Of a stretch of DNA of 64,000 bases, positions 52,757 to 62,609 are shown in pieces. The stretch spans positions 224,001 through 288,000 of the forward strand of contig JBEGVH010000030.1 of the NCBI GenBank assembly GCA_041178425.1, read 5' to 3'. The notes below the pieces were generated by a model, which ran no database searches, was not told the DNA's origin, and saw only the letters and a list, made by a program, of their open reading frames with translations. The translations under genes were made by a program, and so were the position numbers. Source of the stretch: Pseudomonadota bacterium. Lineage in GTDB: Bacteria > Bdellovibrionota > Bdellovibrionia > Bdellovibrionales > Bdellovibrionaceae. Each line of letters starts with the position of its first letter. The stretch's first letter is position 1.

Positions 52757-53647
52757 TTATACACGCTGAGCGATTTCTTTAATAAAAGCCTTAACCTCAG
52801 CTCCTAGGCGAGGGTGCAACAGTGCCATTTCGATATTCGCTTTAAGAAACCCCAACGGATCTCCCGCATCAAAACGTCGGCTCTTTACTTCGATGGCACG
52901 CATGCCATGCTCTACTAGCATTTGGGCCATAGCATCGGTGAGCTGAATTTCTCCATTCTTACCAGGCTTTGTTGTCTCTAAGAAATTAAAGATTTTAGCA
53001 TCAAAAACATATCGCCCCGGAAGCGCCCATCGCGATGGAGTTTCGTTCGGCTGAGGTTTTTCTACAAGGCTATTAACAACAAACTCTCCAGGATTCGTTG
53101 AGCGAACTTCGGCAATACCGTACTTTGATACATCAGCATCACTCACAGGCATCACCGCTATCGTTGAAGTGTTGGTACGGTGAAATGATTCAACTAAATT
53201 TTTTGTCACATTGTCTTGGCCATGCCCTTGAACCATGACTTCGTCACCGAGCAAAACGGCGAAGGGCTCATTGCCAATCACGGGTTGGCCACAAAGAACC
53301 GCGTGCCCCAAACCCAAGGGCTGTTTTTGACGAATACTAATGATGTTAGCCATGCCTTTGATGCGATTGAGGCGTTCCAAAATATCAGTTTTGCCATCTT
53401 TGGCGAGTTTATCTTCGAGCTCATAAGAAACATCAAAAAAATCTTCGATAGCCGCCTTGCCTCGCCCTTGAATGAGAACGATGTCTTGTATCCCCGCAAG
53501 CACGGCCTCTTCGACCACATAAAAAATAGCCGGCGAATCAACGATCGTGAGCATCTCTTTAGGAATACTTTTTGTGGCCGGTAAAAAGCGAGTCCCTAGA
53601 CCTGCCGCAGGGATTAATGCTTTGGTGACCCTTTTCGAAGCCGTCAT
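52757..53647 (-). CDS. galU: UTP--glucose-1-phosphate uridylyltransferase
   Basis: PAAGLGTRFLPATKSIPKEML, GLGHAV, VEKP and GEIQLTDA motifs; start ATG 53647 after GAGG. Confidence 0.96.
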   Translation of the reverse strand: MTASKRVTKALIPAAGLGTRFLPATKSIPKEMLTIVDSPAIFYVVEEAVLAGIQDIVLIQGRGKAAIEDFFDVSYELEDKLAKDGKTDILERLNRIKGMANIISIRQKQPLGLGHAVLCGQPVIGNEPFAVLLGDEVMVQGHGQDNVTKNLVESFHRTNTSTIAVMPVSDADVSKYGIAEVRSTNPGEFVVNSLVEKPQPNETPSRWALPGRYVFDAKIFNFLETTKPGKNGEIQLTDAMAQMLVEHGMRAIEVKSRRFDAGDPLGFLKANIEMALLHPRLGAEVKAFIKEIAQRV

Positions 53648-53767
53648 TTTAACCTCATTCAATGCCCTATCTTTCATCTTTTTCTCAATATGAGTCAAAA
53701 GCTAAATTTTTCGCTGTAAACCAACAAAATCCCGATAAACTAAAAGTGTTAATTCTGGGGGGATCTC

Positions 53768-55051
53768 ATGCGCTTAAAGCCATCGCGCGCTATAAGGATT
53801 TTGGGTGGGATCACCTTCAGTACGCTATTTATCTTGCTTGGCTTCCAAAATTGCAGCTCACAAGACTATGCAAACACATTGGCTTCGATGGAATCTCCGG
53901 AGGTAACTAGTCAAGCCTCAAGCATTCCTTTTGCTTTTGATTTTCGAGCCAATCAACTCAGCTACATGAGCTGCAGTCGCAGCAACGCTCAAGGTCCCGA
54001 TAATACTTTTTCTAGCTTAACGTCTCTCAGCGATCCTACGGTTTTTTATACCTTCAAAATTGGCGCTTACGATGATGCGGGCCTAGGTTTGCGCCAAGAG
54101 TTTATCAACTACGTAAAAAATAATTTTACGTCTAAAGGGGTTCTCGCTGACTCCTACATTACAGATGCCATTACGGCAGGAACGGCTCATAGCGGTGCCG
54201 CTTTACAATTGGCCATCCGTGACACAACACCGATTGAAAGCGAAGTTTATGACCCAGAACGGCGCGACGAACCGAACTACGGAATTGCCTATCATCTTTT
54301 TCCAGTGAGTGTGATCCTGAATATGAGGGACTTTTTTCCGCAAATGATTGCGCTCTTTAAAACCCCAGGAATGCGCCTTTCTACACTCGGCACGGCGAGC
54401 CTGCAGCAATACAAATTAGAATCAGCCATTCATTTTGAACAAGAACAAGCCTATCAAGAAAATACGGCCGAACAAGTGCGCCAGAAACTCAGCACCCAAT
54501 CAGGCCCTCTTTCGAGCTTGCTCACTATAACGTACTCCAAGGATCTCCGCTATTCTGCATCTCCTTATATCGCGAGACCTTTTCAAACGGCTGCCTCCGA
54601 CAATCGCGTTTGGGGGGTCGGCTATGGCCTAAAATTCATCAGCGATCCACGCCTTCAGTGGAAACAAAACGTGATCGACTCTGTTCAAGAGTATGATCTC
54701 ACCACTTTCGAGAAAACCAGCAACTGGACCTGTCACCAGTCATTTAGGTATATAATTATTGCCGCAAAAGATCGGGGCACCTATGGCTGCATCGATCGCG
54801 ACCCCGCTCAACTCAATACTGTACAAAAGCAAGACCTCCTCAAAATTAGGCGTCACCTCATTGCCGAAAAGTGGATCGTTGATCCGGTTAATCACTGCGT
54901 GTCCCCCAAAATCGCCAGAGACGATTGCTATCCGAACAGCTCTTTTCGCGAAATCGACTACCGTGGAGCCACTCGTTGTGGCATCGATTCGAATGGCCGG
55001 TACCTCGAAAAAGATTGCCCTGAGTTTGTGTCTTTTTGTTTTCGCAACTAG
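53768..55051 (+). CDS. Lipoprotein with FQNC-type lipobox and Cys-rich C-terminus
   Basis: Basic N-terminus, hydrophobic core, then LGFQNC. Confidence 0.75.
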   Translation: MRLKPSRAIRILGGITFSTLFILLGFQNCSSQDYANTLASMESPEVTSQASSIPFAFDFRANQLSYMSCSRSNAQGPDNTFSSLTSLSDPTVFYTFKIGAYDDAGLGLRQEFINYVKNNFTSKGVLADSYITDAITAGTAHSGAALQLAIRDTTPIESEVYDPERRDEPNYGIAYHLFPVSVILNMRDFFPQMIALFKTPGMRLSTLGTASLQQYKLESAIHFEQEQAYQENTAEQVRQKLSTQSGPLSSLLTITYSKDLRYSASPYIARPFQTAASDNRVWGVGYGLKFISDPRLQWKQNVIDSVQEYDLTTFEKTSNWTCHQSFRYIIIAAKDRGTYGCIDRDPAQLNTVQKQDLLKIRRHLIAEKWIVDPVNHCVSPKIARDDCYPNSSFREIDYRGATRCGIDSNGRYLEKDCPEFVSFCFRN

Positions 55052-55141
55052 GAACACAGCCTCATTGACCCCTAGGATTCCTAGACCCCGCCTATTCGGC
55101 TTAACGTTGAACTTAATGGGCAAGTTGCCTAGTATGAGTTT

Positions 55142-56038
55142 ATGGCATCAATACTCAAGTTTTTTTATTTAGCATCACTTTTTGTTGGTCTTTCCTCTCA
55201 TGCCGTCACCGTTGGCTCAATATCCAGCGCCATGGCGGGCACTGGCCGTTCCTCGGTAGATATTGGCGAAAGCTACCTTCTTAACCCTGCTACCGTTGCC
55301 CATCTTCAAGGAGCCGCGATGGCTTTCGGATCCTCTTACCTCGAGTGGACCAACCCCTTGGATAATTCTCTTAGTAGTTATGATGGGTGGCGACTCAGTC
55401 TTAATGAAAACTCTCCCGACTCAATGTGGTCCTCATCGATCTATATGAGTCAGAGCCAGAGCCGCCAAAGTCGCCGAAGTTTTAATGCGCCCACGCAATT
55501 CAACGATGCCTGGTTTACGCTCGGCAATTTTGTGATGCCGCAATTGAGTGCGGGCCTGAGCTACCACTTTCATGAAACCATTACTGCCCTGAATAGCTAC
55601 CAAGAACATAACTTTGGTCTAGGCCTTTTGTGGACTCCGCTGGATAATTTGGGGGTTGGGTTTAGCCTACAAAATTTTCGAGCCCCCCCCAAAGAGGTTC
55701 CCACCGAGCTTGGCTTGGGAAGCAATGGAGGGGTTGGCGTGATGTATTTGCATCAAGATTACCTCCGGCTTCGCTTAGACTATTCTAGAAAAGCCCATAA
55801 GTTATCATTACTTAGCTCGCACGAGTGGGCTTTCGGTTTAGAAAACGCCATGACCCCATGGACTCTCATTCGCATTGGAGCGGCCCAAGAAATTAACGAC
55901 GAACAAAAAACAACTCAAAAACTGACCTGTGGAATTGGGTTTGCTGGCCCACGCTTTGGAGTTCACTACGGATTTCAACAACTTCGAGTTGCCAAAGTGG
56001 GAACGGAGCATAGTGTTGACTTAATGATTCCCTTTTGA
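55142..56038 (+). CDS. FadL/PorV-like outer-membrane beta-barrel protein
   Basis: Signal peptide; SAMAGTG...NPA hatch motif; amphipathic strands; terminal Phe. Confidence 0.7.
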   Translation: MASILKFFYLASLFVGLSSHAVTVGSISSAMAGTGRSSVDIGESYLLNPATVAHLQGAAMAFGSSYLEWTNPLDNSLSSYDGWRLSLNENSPDSMWSSSIYMSQSQSRQSRRSFNAPTQFNDAWFTLGNFVMPQLSAGLSYHFHETITALNSYQEHNFGLGLLWTPLDNLGVGFSLQNFRAPPKEVPTELGLGSNGGVGVMYLHQDYLRLRLDYSRKAHKLSLLSSHEWAFGLENAMTPWTLIRIGAAQEINDEQKTTQKLTCGIGFAGPRFGVHYGFQQLRVAKVGTEHSVDLMIPF

Positions 56039-56075
56039 TACCTGTCTTACTTCGAATTTATAAAAGGTGGTCGAA

Positions 56076-56213
56076 ATGGCATCAAAAACAATTGCTACTG
56101 AAAACAAAAGACATAGAAGAGATGCTCGTATGGGCAAGAAGCGCAAGGCTGCCTTACGCGCGAAAGGCTCTACAAAATCTCCAGCGGCTCTTTTCGGTGA
56201 CGAAAAGAAGTAA
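56076..56213 (+). CDS. Small basic protein, 45 aa (absent from the ORF track)
   Basis: AAAGGTGG RBS; MASKTIATENKRHRRDARMGKKRKAALRAKGSTKSPAALFGDEKK; terminator follows. Confidence 0.75.
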   Translation: MASKTIATENKRHRRDARMGKKRKAALRAKGSTKSPAALFGDEKK

Positions 56214-56241
56214 TTGAGTCCTTTTTAAAGTGAACTCTATC

Positions 56242-56272
56242 AAAAGCCTGCGGCTACACCGCGGGCTTTTTT
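56242..56272. terminator. Bidirectional intrinsic terminator
   Basis: AAAAGCCTGCGG-CTACA-CCGCGGGCTTTTTT. Confidence 0.85.
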
Positions 56273-56276
56273 ATTT

Positions 56277-57401
56277 TTATTGATTCTCTCTATCTTGAAC
56301 AAGCCCCTCGGGGATTCTTCCCTCGTCGATGGCTTGGGCGACTGCTTTGTGGTCAGCATGACCAATCACATCTTTAACCTCCGACCAAGGTCGGGGATCA
56401 ATTTCTAGGATGCTTTCACGTTTTAACTTGGCCACTCGCTGATAGGAGTCTTCGATTCGGGCCAACGAAAGGCGACCATTGTTTACTGCGGCCTCAAGGG
56501 CATCAAGGGCCTTGGGTGGCACCGCCGGATCATTACAATACAGAAGAACGTCATTGCCCGCCTCAATGGCACGCACGGGAATCTCTTCGGGCGAGTAGTT
56601 TTTGGTGAGCGCCTTCATATCGAGATCATCCGAAACAATCAGGCCTCTAAAGCGAAGTTCTTCGCGCAAAAGTTTTTGAATAATCGCTTCTGATAAACTC
56701 GCCGGATACTGAGAATCGATGGATTTAAAAAGTATATGCGAAATCATCACGCTATCAACTCGCGAACGAATGGCTTTTTTAAAAGGAACCAACTCTACCT
56801 GGTTCAAACGCTCTAAACCAACCTCTTCAACAGGAAGATCCTCATGACTATCGAGCAAGGTATTACCATGCCCCGGAAAGTGTTTCGCGCACGTGATGAC
56901 TTCGGCCTTCATATAACCTCGCACTAAGGCCGAAGCCATTTTTGCCACCAACTCAGGATCGCTCGATAACGAGCGATCCCCAATCACCGTATTCGCCGGG
57001 TTAGTAAACACATCCACACATGGGGCAAAATCAAAATTAATTCCCACTGCTTTTAACTCCTGCCCCATCCCCACGGCAAAATTAAAGGCCAGACTTGGCG
57101 AATCGAGATCTCCGAGTTTTTTGAGAGGTGGCCATTTTGTAAAGGGAGCCTTGAGGCGCGCCACGCGGCCTCCCTCCATATCAACAGAAATAAAAAAGGG
57201 TGATTTTGATGTTGTCTGATGACGCAGTTTTTGAATCGACGAACTTAATTGATGAACTTGCTCTGGCGACTGACAATTCCGCCCCATAAAAACAACGCCA
57301 CCGATGTCATTGTTAACTAAAAAAGCCTCTTCGTCTTTTGTTAGCTGAGTGCCATGAACTCCAACAATCAAGAGCTGGCCGAGTTTTTCTCTTAAAGTCA
57401 T
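56277..57401 (-). CDS. nagZ: Beta-N-acetylhexosaminidase (GH3)
   Basis: DMEGGRVARL, KHFPGHGNTLLDSH and SDDLDMKA motifs. Confidence 0.93.
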   Translation of the reverse strand: MTLREKLGQLLIVGVHGTQLTKDEEAFLVNNDIGGVVFMGRNCQSPEQVHQLSSSIQKLRHQTTSKSPFFISVDMEGGRVARLKAPFTKWPPLKKLGDLDSPSLAFNFAVGMGQELKAVGINFDFAPCVDVFTNPANTVIGDRSLSSDPELVAKMASALVRGYMKAEVITCAKHFPGHGNTLLDSHEDLPVEEVGLERLNQVELVPFKKAIRSRVDSVMISHILFKSIDSQYPASLSEAIIQKLLREELRFRGLIVSDDLDMKALTKNYSPEEIPVRAIEAGNDVLLYCNDPAVPPKALDALEAAVNNGRLSLARIEDSYQRVAKLKRESILEIDPRPWSEVKDVIGHADHKAVAQAIDEGRIPEGLVQDRENQ

Positions 57402-57418
57402 ATAAACCTCAATATGTT

Positions 57419-58381
57419 TTATTTAGATTTAGTCTGTATTCCAATGCCAGGTCGAGCCCCTTTCTTCATGGGCTTATCGCTTGGCGGGGGCTTTTGAAGT
57501 TCGAGCTTCTTGATGGCCGCAGGCTTATTCACCTGCACGGGCGCAGAGGCCCCTTCGGTGGCGGCCCCAACGGCAATCGAACTGGTTGCCGCGGCCCCGG
57601 CTGGCGCCACTCCTGTGGGAGCAGCAAAGGGGTGAGCTTTTCCTTCGGGTATGTTACCAAAAAGTATTCGCAAATTATCAGCGCTCACAGAAAGACCGCC
57701 CATGGCTTGAGTGGCGTCTGGCATTAGCTCTAGGTTGAGGGCTTTTTGTGGCGAAGTTGTTCCCAAGATTTCGCCTTTTTCGGTGGTGTACGAAACAAAT
57801 TGGGCATCTTTGAAATCGTTTAATATTTTAAAAACCGGAACACCTTTGTAGTTCTCTTGTGACTGAACCGTGGCAGTACCTTTGTAAACAGCCCCGTCTT
57901 CTTCGGCTATCGCTTGATAGTCATACCGAGCCGACGCTTTGAGTCCCTTAGGATTTTTAAGAATCACATACGCCAAAAAGGTACTAAAAAAAGTTCCTTT
58001 CGGAAGAACCTTTTCAGTTTTGGTGGTTCTCCCTTTTTCGGTGGTTGTAATTTTTAGTTTTCCTTTTTCGAACTTCGCATCGATGGTTTTTGCTCCCATC
58101 TCGGGGCTTAGCATATTGTAGGTATAGGCCACAGGCTCAAGACCATCATTAGCCGTTGCCACTAAGCTTTCGGTCATTGATCCACCGAGCTCGTTGTATT
58201 TAATTAAATAGGTCGAAACAAAGTTTTTCTTGGCGGCATTGTATTCATAGCGCTGAACGACAAAGCCAAGAAACTCTCCGCCCATGGTAATTTTTGAATA
58301 CCCTTCAAAGAGAACCTGCGCCCGACCTTGGTTTGTCAAAAAGATCAACACCATCGAAACTGCTAAACAAAATAACTTCAT
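57419..58381 (-). CDS. Secreted hypothetical protein with Ala/Pro/Lys tail
   Basis: Start moved to ATG 58381 (MKLFCLAVS signal peptide); the track start overlaps the divergent gene. Confidence 0.7.
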   Translation of the reverse strand: MKLFCLAVSMVLIFLTNQGRAQVLFEGYSKITMGGEFLGFVVQRYEYNAAKKNFVSTYLIKYNELGGSMTESLVATANDGLEPVAYTYNMLSPEMGAKTIDAKFEKGKLKITTTEKGRTTKTEKVLPKGTFFSTFLAYVILKNPKGLKASARYDYQAIAEEDGAVYKGTATVQSQENYKGVPVFKILNDFKDAQFVSYTTEKGEILGTTSPQKALNLELMPDATQAMGGLSVSADNLRILFGNIPEGKAHPFAAPTGVAPAGAAATSSIAVGAATEGASAPVQVNKPAAIKKLELQKPPPSDKPMKKGARPGIGIQTKSK

Positions 58382-58514
58382 AAATAATCTCTGCTTGCTA
58401 AGGGGTTCAAGACTCGACTGTTTTCTTTGATTTAGTCTGTCCCTTAATAGAGGGTCAGTCAAAGATGTTCTCGGCAGACTTGCGATTCTCTGGCAAACAA
58501 GCGAAAATAAACCT

Positions 58515-60815
58515 ATGGGAATTCGAGCCTTCTGGGGGAGATCAGCAAAAAACAAGACGAATGGACAGGTCTCCATTTTTTTGGTTTTTTTATTTCAGGT
58601 GCTCTTTGTTTTTTTTGCCATGGTCGTTAACGTTGGCCTCCTCGTTTACTACAAAATTAATTTACAAAATTCCGTCGATCTCGCTGCCTACTACGGAGCC
58701 ATGAAGCAAGCCGAAATGCTCAATGCGATCGGGCACATCAATTATCAGATGCGCCAAAGCTGGAAGTTGCTGGCCTTTCGCAGTTCGATACTGGGATCAC
58801 TGGGGCCCGATGACCACCCAGCATCGAACCCAAACCTATCGGTAAAACCTATTGTTGGAGAAATCCCTTATACGTCGCCACCCGGAAAGCGGGGGTTCCC
58901 TATTTTCTGCATAACCATCGCCCAAATATACGGAAACCTGATCAATCAAAGCGGCTTGGTTAACACCTCTGATAACCAGTGCAGAAGGACCTCGAATGTC
59001 AATTTTCCCGATTTTGCGATTCCACCAGTCCTCTGGACACTCCCTGGGTTCAACCAAGGAATCCGCGATGGCGCGATTGCACTTCAAGATAAGTATCTAA
59101 ACGAATTCAGCGGAGGGGGGTTTCGTAACTTTAACACTCTTGCCAGTTTTATTATTCAATTTCGTGCTGATAGTTTGAATCGGCGAAAACTCATTGGTGT
59201 CCTTGCAAATTCCATGAGTGGCCGGAGCGACGAGTTCTTTGATACAGAGGGAAATAGCGTAAGCGATGGAGCTAAAAAAGTGCTCCTCGGAAACCTGGCT
59301 CAGCAAAACTCTCAGTCTCTGGGGAATGAATTTCAACTCTATAACTCTCTCGCAGACCCCAACTGCGGAGGAGCAAGCGGAGCCAGCGGACAATTCGGGA
59401 ACACACTCCCGGGCTGGCTTAAGGAGATCGATGTAAATCCACTTTTTATCTATTTCGATAGTAGCATAGGAGAATTAAATCCAAACACGGCTGCGGCTCC
59501 AACTGCGCAAGATCTTCGTTATATGGGCTATGATGCAACGAGATCTCTTCCACAGCAATGGGTTAACATCCAAAATCCAGGCGTAAAACAGGCCTTTTTA
59601 ATAATGAATGAACTCACTAAACTCGGCGGACTCCCCAACTTTCAGGCTGGTCGCTGGACCGATGCCATTGGAGTCGAGAAAAACCCTTGGTGCATGCCCT
59701 ATATTGGCTTTAGGGCGACCACGCATCCTAAATTACCTTTTATGCCTGCAAGCTTTACTCCCAAGTTGGTGGCAAAAACCTTCGCAAAACCATTTGGGAG
59801 TCGCATAGGCCCCTGGTATGGAAAAACTTGGTCGAGCAACAGTGCCGGCACAACCTCTGATAACACCATTGGATCCACTACAGACGGGAACCTCCCCCCA
59901 AGGCAATTACAAGGCGCCACGGGATTCACCACCCCCCCTAAAGATACAGGCGACCTTTACAAATACACGGCCAACTTCTCGCGATTTGTTGGTGATAACA
60001 TGGGATTGCTCTCGGAAGGTGTTCGGCAGGGTTATGGCCGCTTTTTCTGGAAAACAGCGGGCACCGGCATAACTAATCCCTATTGGGCAAAAATGTGGAC
60101 TGAGCCAAACAGTAAGGCTCTTGAAAATAGCTTGAGCCCTGCCGACCCATTTTATGCGGGCCCATTTACGGGAGACATTCTATCTGACCCCTTTATTGAT
60201 AGCTATTACGCAAATTTACCGAATCCAATCCTAGCTAAAAAATATGCTACAGAAATGCGAAAGGCCGAAATGGCGGCGATTGCTCCTGATCTTTTTGATA
60301 TTAACTACTACTCGATTGAGCCTCGCTATGATCAGTTTTATGTTCCTCGACTGACTCAGTTTGTGAAGAATCTTGCACAGCAAAACAATCTAATGGTGCG
60401 TGGTGATTTGGGCTGGCGGTATCCAGGCACACCGGGTGGTGCCGCGGGGAATAGTAATACTAATATTGAAACTCAAATCAACTCATTCAAAACCCACGAA
60501 TTCCTCACCGCTAGGCCCGGCAATCAAATTTTTCACACCATCACAGACCCATCGTTGATTCTGACCTCTTGGGCAGAGAGCAATATTCTCGACTATAACA
60601 CCAACGTATGGACTACCAAAGTAGCCAAGTGCGATCCCTCGGCCAAAATTCCCGAAGGAGATCCATTCTGGTACCCCGGGGCTTGCACTAAAGGTGGACG
60701 CACAGGCTACTCGGTTAAAGTGATCTCGCAAAAGTTTCTCGAAGGTTACATCCCCGAGCTAGGAGGAACCGGACTCGGGGGGCAGATCGTTAACCCACCG
60801 TCGCCTAATTTTTAA
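58515..60815 (+). CDS. Tad/Flp pilus TadG-like protein (large minor pilin or tip adhesin)
   Basis: Prepilin-like KTNG/QVSIF, hydrophobic helix, then INLQNSVDLAAYYGA. Confidence 0.82.
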   Translation: MGIRAFWGRSAKNKTNGQVSIFLVFLFQVLFVFFAMVVNVGLLVYYKINLQNSVDLAAYYGAMKQAEMLNAIGHINYQMRQSWKLLAFRSSILGSLGPDDHPASNPNLSVKPIVGEIPYTSPPGKRGFPIFCITIAQIYGNLINQSGLVNTSDNQCRRTSNVNFPDFAIPPVLWTLPGFNQGIRDGAIALQDKYLNEFSGGGFRNFNTLASFIIQFRADSLNRRKLIGVLANSMSGRSDEFFDTEGNSVSDGAKKVLLGNLAQQNSQSLGNEFQLYNSLADPNCGGASGASGQFGNTLPGWLKEIDVNPLFIYFDSSIGELNPNTAAAPTAQDLRYMGYDATRSLPQQWVNIQNPGVKQAFLIMNELTKLGGLPNFQAGRWTDAIGVEKNPWCMPYIGFRATTHPKLPFMPASFTPKLVAKTFAKPFGSRIGPWYGKTWSSNSAGTTSDNTIGSTTDGNLPPRQLQGATGFTTPPKDTGDLYKYTANFSRFVGDNMGLLSEGVRQGYGRFFWKTAGTGITNPYWAKMWTEPNSKALENSLSPADPFYAGPFTGDILSDPFIDSYYANLPNPILAKKYATEMRKAEMAAIAPDLFDINYYSIEPRYDQFYVPRLTQFVKNLAQQNNLMVRGDLGWRYPGTPGGAAGNSNTNIETQINSFKTHEFLTARPGNQIFHTITDPSLILTSWAESNILDYNTNVWTTKVAKCDPSAKIPEGDPFWYPGACTKGGRTGYSVKVISQKFLEGYIPELGGTGLGGQIVNPPSPNF

Positions 60816-60990
60816 TGGATACTGTCTCATAACAAAACAAGATTGGCGAGTGGCACGGTCTTCATTGATGGGCGACTCACTATGAAACAACTTTTCGCAC
60901 ATCTATACTAAATACACTGAGTTTACAGGATCTTGGTATATAATGGTAATGAGACGTGCTTTCGCACCCCTGGGGAAGGAAAACTTGTTT

Positions 60991-62607
60991 ATGTTTTCAG
61001 TTCGCTTACGCGTGCCTGTTTTGCTTTACGGCCTAATGACGTTTTTAATACTTTTTGCAAACCAAGCTCATGCACAATCAGGAAAACTTTGTGTTAATGT
61101 TAAAAGCGCAATTGCGAGTTATCGAACCAACCTCGCTAATCCCACTTTCGCCGCGAGCAACAGCAGTCCCGCCGTTAAAACAGCCATTAATAATTTAGAA
61201 GCTAATTGTCGGCAATATGATGGCTTGGTTAAACTTTGCCAAGAAAGCAAAGATGAAACCGATTACAACTGCGCCGAATCAAACAACAAAGGTTTAAGTC
61301 AATTCTCGAGCATGATGGGTTCCGTCGCCGATATGGCTTCCATGACTATGAGTCAATCGTGCAGTAAAATGGCCGAGCTATTAAAGATCGGCAATGGAGC
61401 CCTAGCAGGATTTCGACTTCAGTGCCTTACAACCCGAGGCACCTGTGTCGAGAAATGTGGTGCCGCAGAGAAAATAGAAAAAGCGATCGAGAAGGATTTA
61501 CAGATTCTTGCTCGATCCGGCTCCGTGGTAATTGTGCAAAACACCCAACCGGCGGCCGAAACAGAAGATCACCGACGACTCTTGAATAAAGAAAATCTTT
61601 GCGGGCAGAAGGAAAATCGCCAAAAAAATGAAAGCCAGGCAGAATGCTTGTCGCGCGTGGAAGCTGACTACGACAAAAAACACCCTTCAAATGCTTCGGA
61701 ACAAGCTCCGCAAGGGACCGCCCCCGCTAACAGCTATTCTCAATTCGAAGATGCTGTTCTTGCAGCCCAACAAGAACTCGGTAAGCCCACTGACCCAGAG
61801 TCGCCGACCGCTTTAAAACGCATCTGTAATGCGACCGCTCAAGAAATGACCGGTAAAGTGGGCATGAACATGGTTTCTCTTATGAGCTCAATGCAACAAA
61901 ACACGAATTGCGCCAATGAGCTACAAAACATCCCCAATAGCGGCATCGACCTCAAAGACTGTAATCTCACTGGCACTTGCACGCCCACCGATCCAGTCTC
62001 CGATTGCCAAGACCCGGCTTTTAAAAATTCGATTTATTGCCAAGCCGGCCTTAACAATAGCGGCGGCAACACCACAACGGGCGGTGGCCTCAATGGTGGG
62101 CTCAATGGCACCAATGGTGGTCTCAACAATGGATTTGCGGATTCTGGCCTCCTTGACTCTAAAGGAACATTAGGAACTCTCGACGGCAACACAACCGCCG
62201 GATCCGATGGCGGCTTTGATCCGAATGATCCAAACAATCCTCTTAATCGCTTGGGCGATGGTGGTGGTCAGCGGTCAGCCGGTGTTCCCGGTGGCGGCGG
62301 AGGCGGCGGCTTGGGTATTCCTGGAGGTGGCTATAATCCCCGCGGCGGCGGTGGCGGTCGTGGCCCCAGCGGTGAAGGCACAAACTTTGGCGGCACTCCC
62401 AGTTATGCAGCGGGAGGCTCCTATGGTGGCGGCTCTGGTAACAACAAAAACGATTTAGACAAATACATGCCTGGTGGTGAAAAAGACCCGGCACTTAATA
62501 AAAAAGGAATCGGTCCCGAGGGAATCACGGCCCCAGGCGGCCTCACTTTGTTTGAAAAAGTCAGCAAGGGTTATAAGAATAATCGATCGACTCTTATGCC
62601 GGAGTAA
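60991..62607 (+). CDS. Secreted protein: Cys-rich helical N-half, Gly-rich C-half
   Basis: AAGGA RBS before ATG 60991; signal peptide ending AHA; C-terminal LFEKVSKGY. Confidence 0.8.
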   Translation: MFSVRLRVPVLLYGLMTFLILFANQAHAQSGKLCVNVKSAIASYRTNLANPTFAASNSSPAVKTAINNLEANCRQYDGLVKLCQESKDETDYNCAESNNKGLSQFSSMMGSVADMASMTMSQSCSKMAELLKIGNGALAGFRLQCLTTRGTCVEKCGAAEKIEKAIEKDLQILARSGSVVIVQNTQPAAETEDHRRLLNKENLCGQKENRQKNESQAECLSRVEADYDKKHPSNASEQAPQGTAPANSYSQFEDAVLAAQQELGKPTDPESPTALKRICNATAQEMTGKVGMNMVSLMSSMQQNTNCANELQNIPNSGIDLKDCNLTGTCTPTDPVSDCQDPAFKNSIYCQAGLNNSGGNTTTGGGLNGGLNGTNGGLNNGFADSGLLDSKGTLGTLDGNTTAGSDGGFDPNDPNNPLNRLGDGGGQRSAGVPGGGGGGGLGIPGGGYNPRGGGGGRGPSGEGTNFGGTPSYAAGGSYGGGSGNNKNDLDKYMPGGEKDPALNKKGIGPEGITAPGGLTLFEKVSKGYKNNRSTLMPE

Positions 62608-62609
62608 CT

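Noticed and set aside
53712..53738. sigma28 promoter before the FQNC lipoprotein (CCCGATAA)
   Set aside because: Good -10 box but no -35 element at the proper spacing.
56035..56217. 60-aa ORF in the track
   Set aside because: The overlapping frame 56076-56213 has the RBS, an ATG start and a more protein-like sequence.
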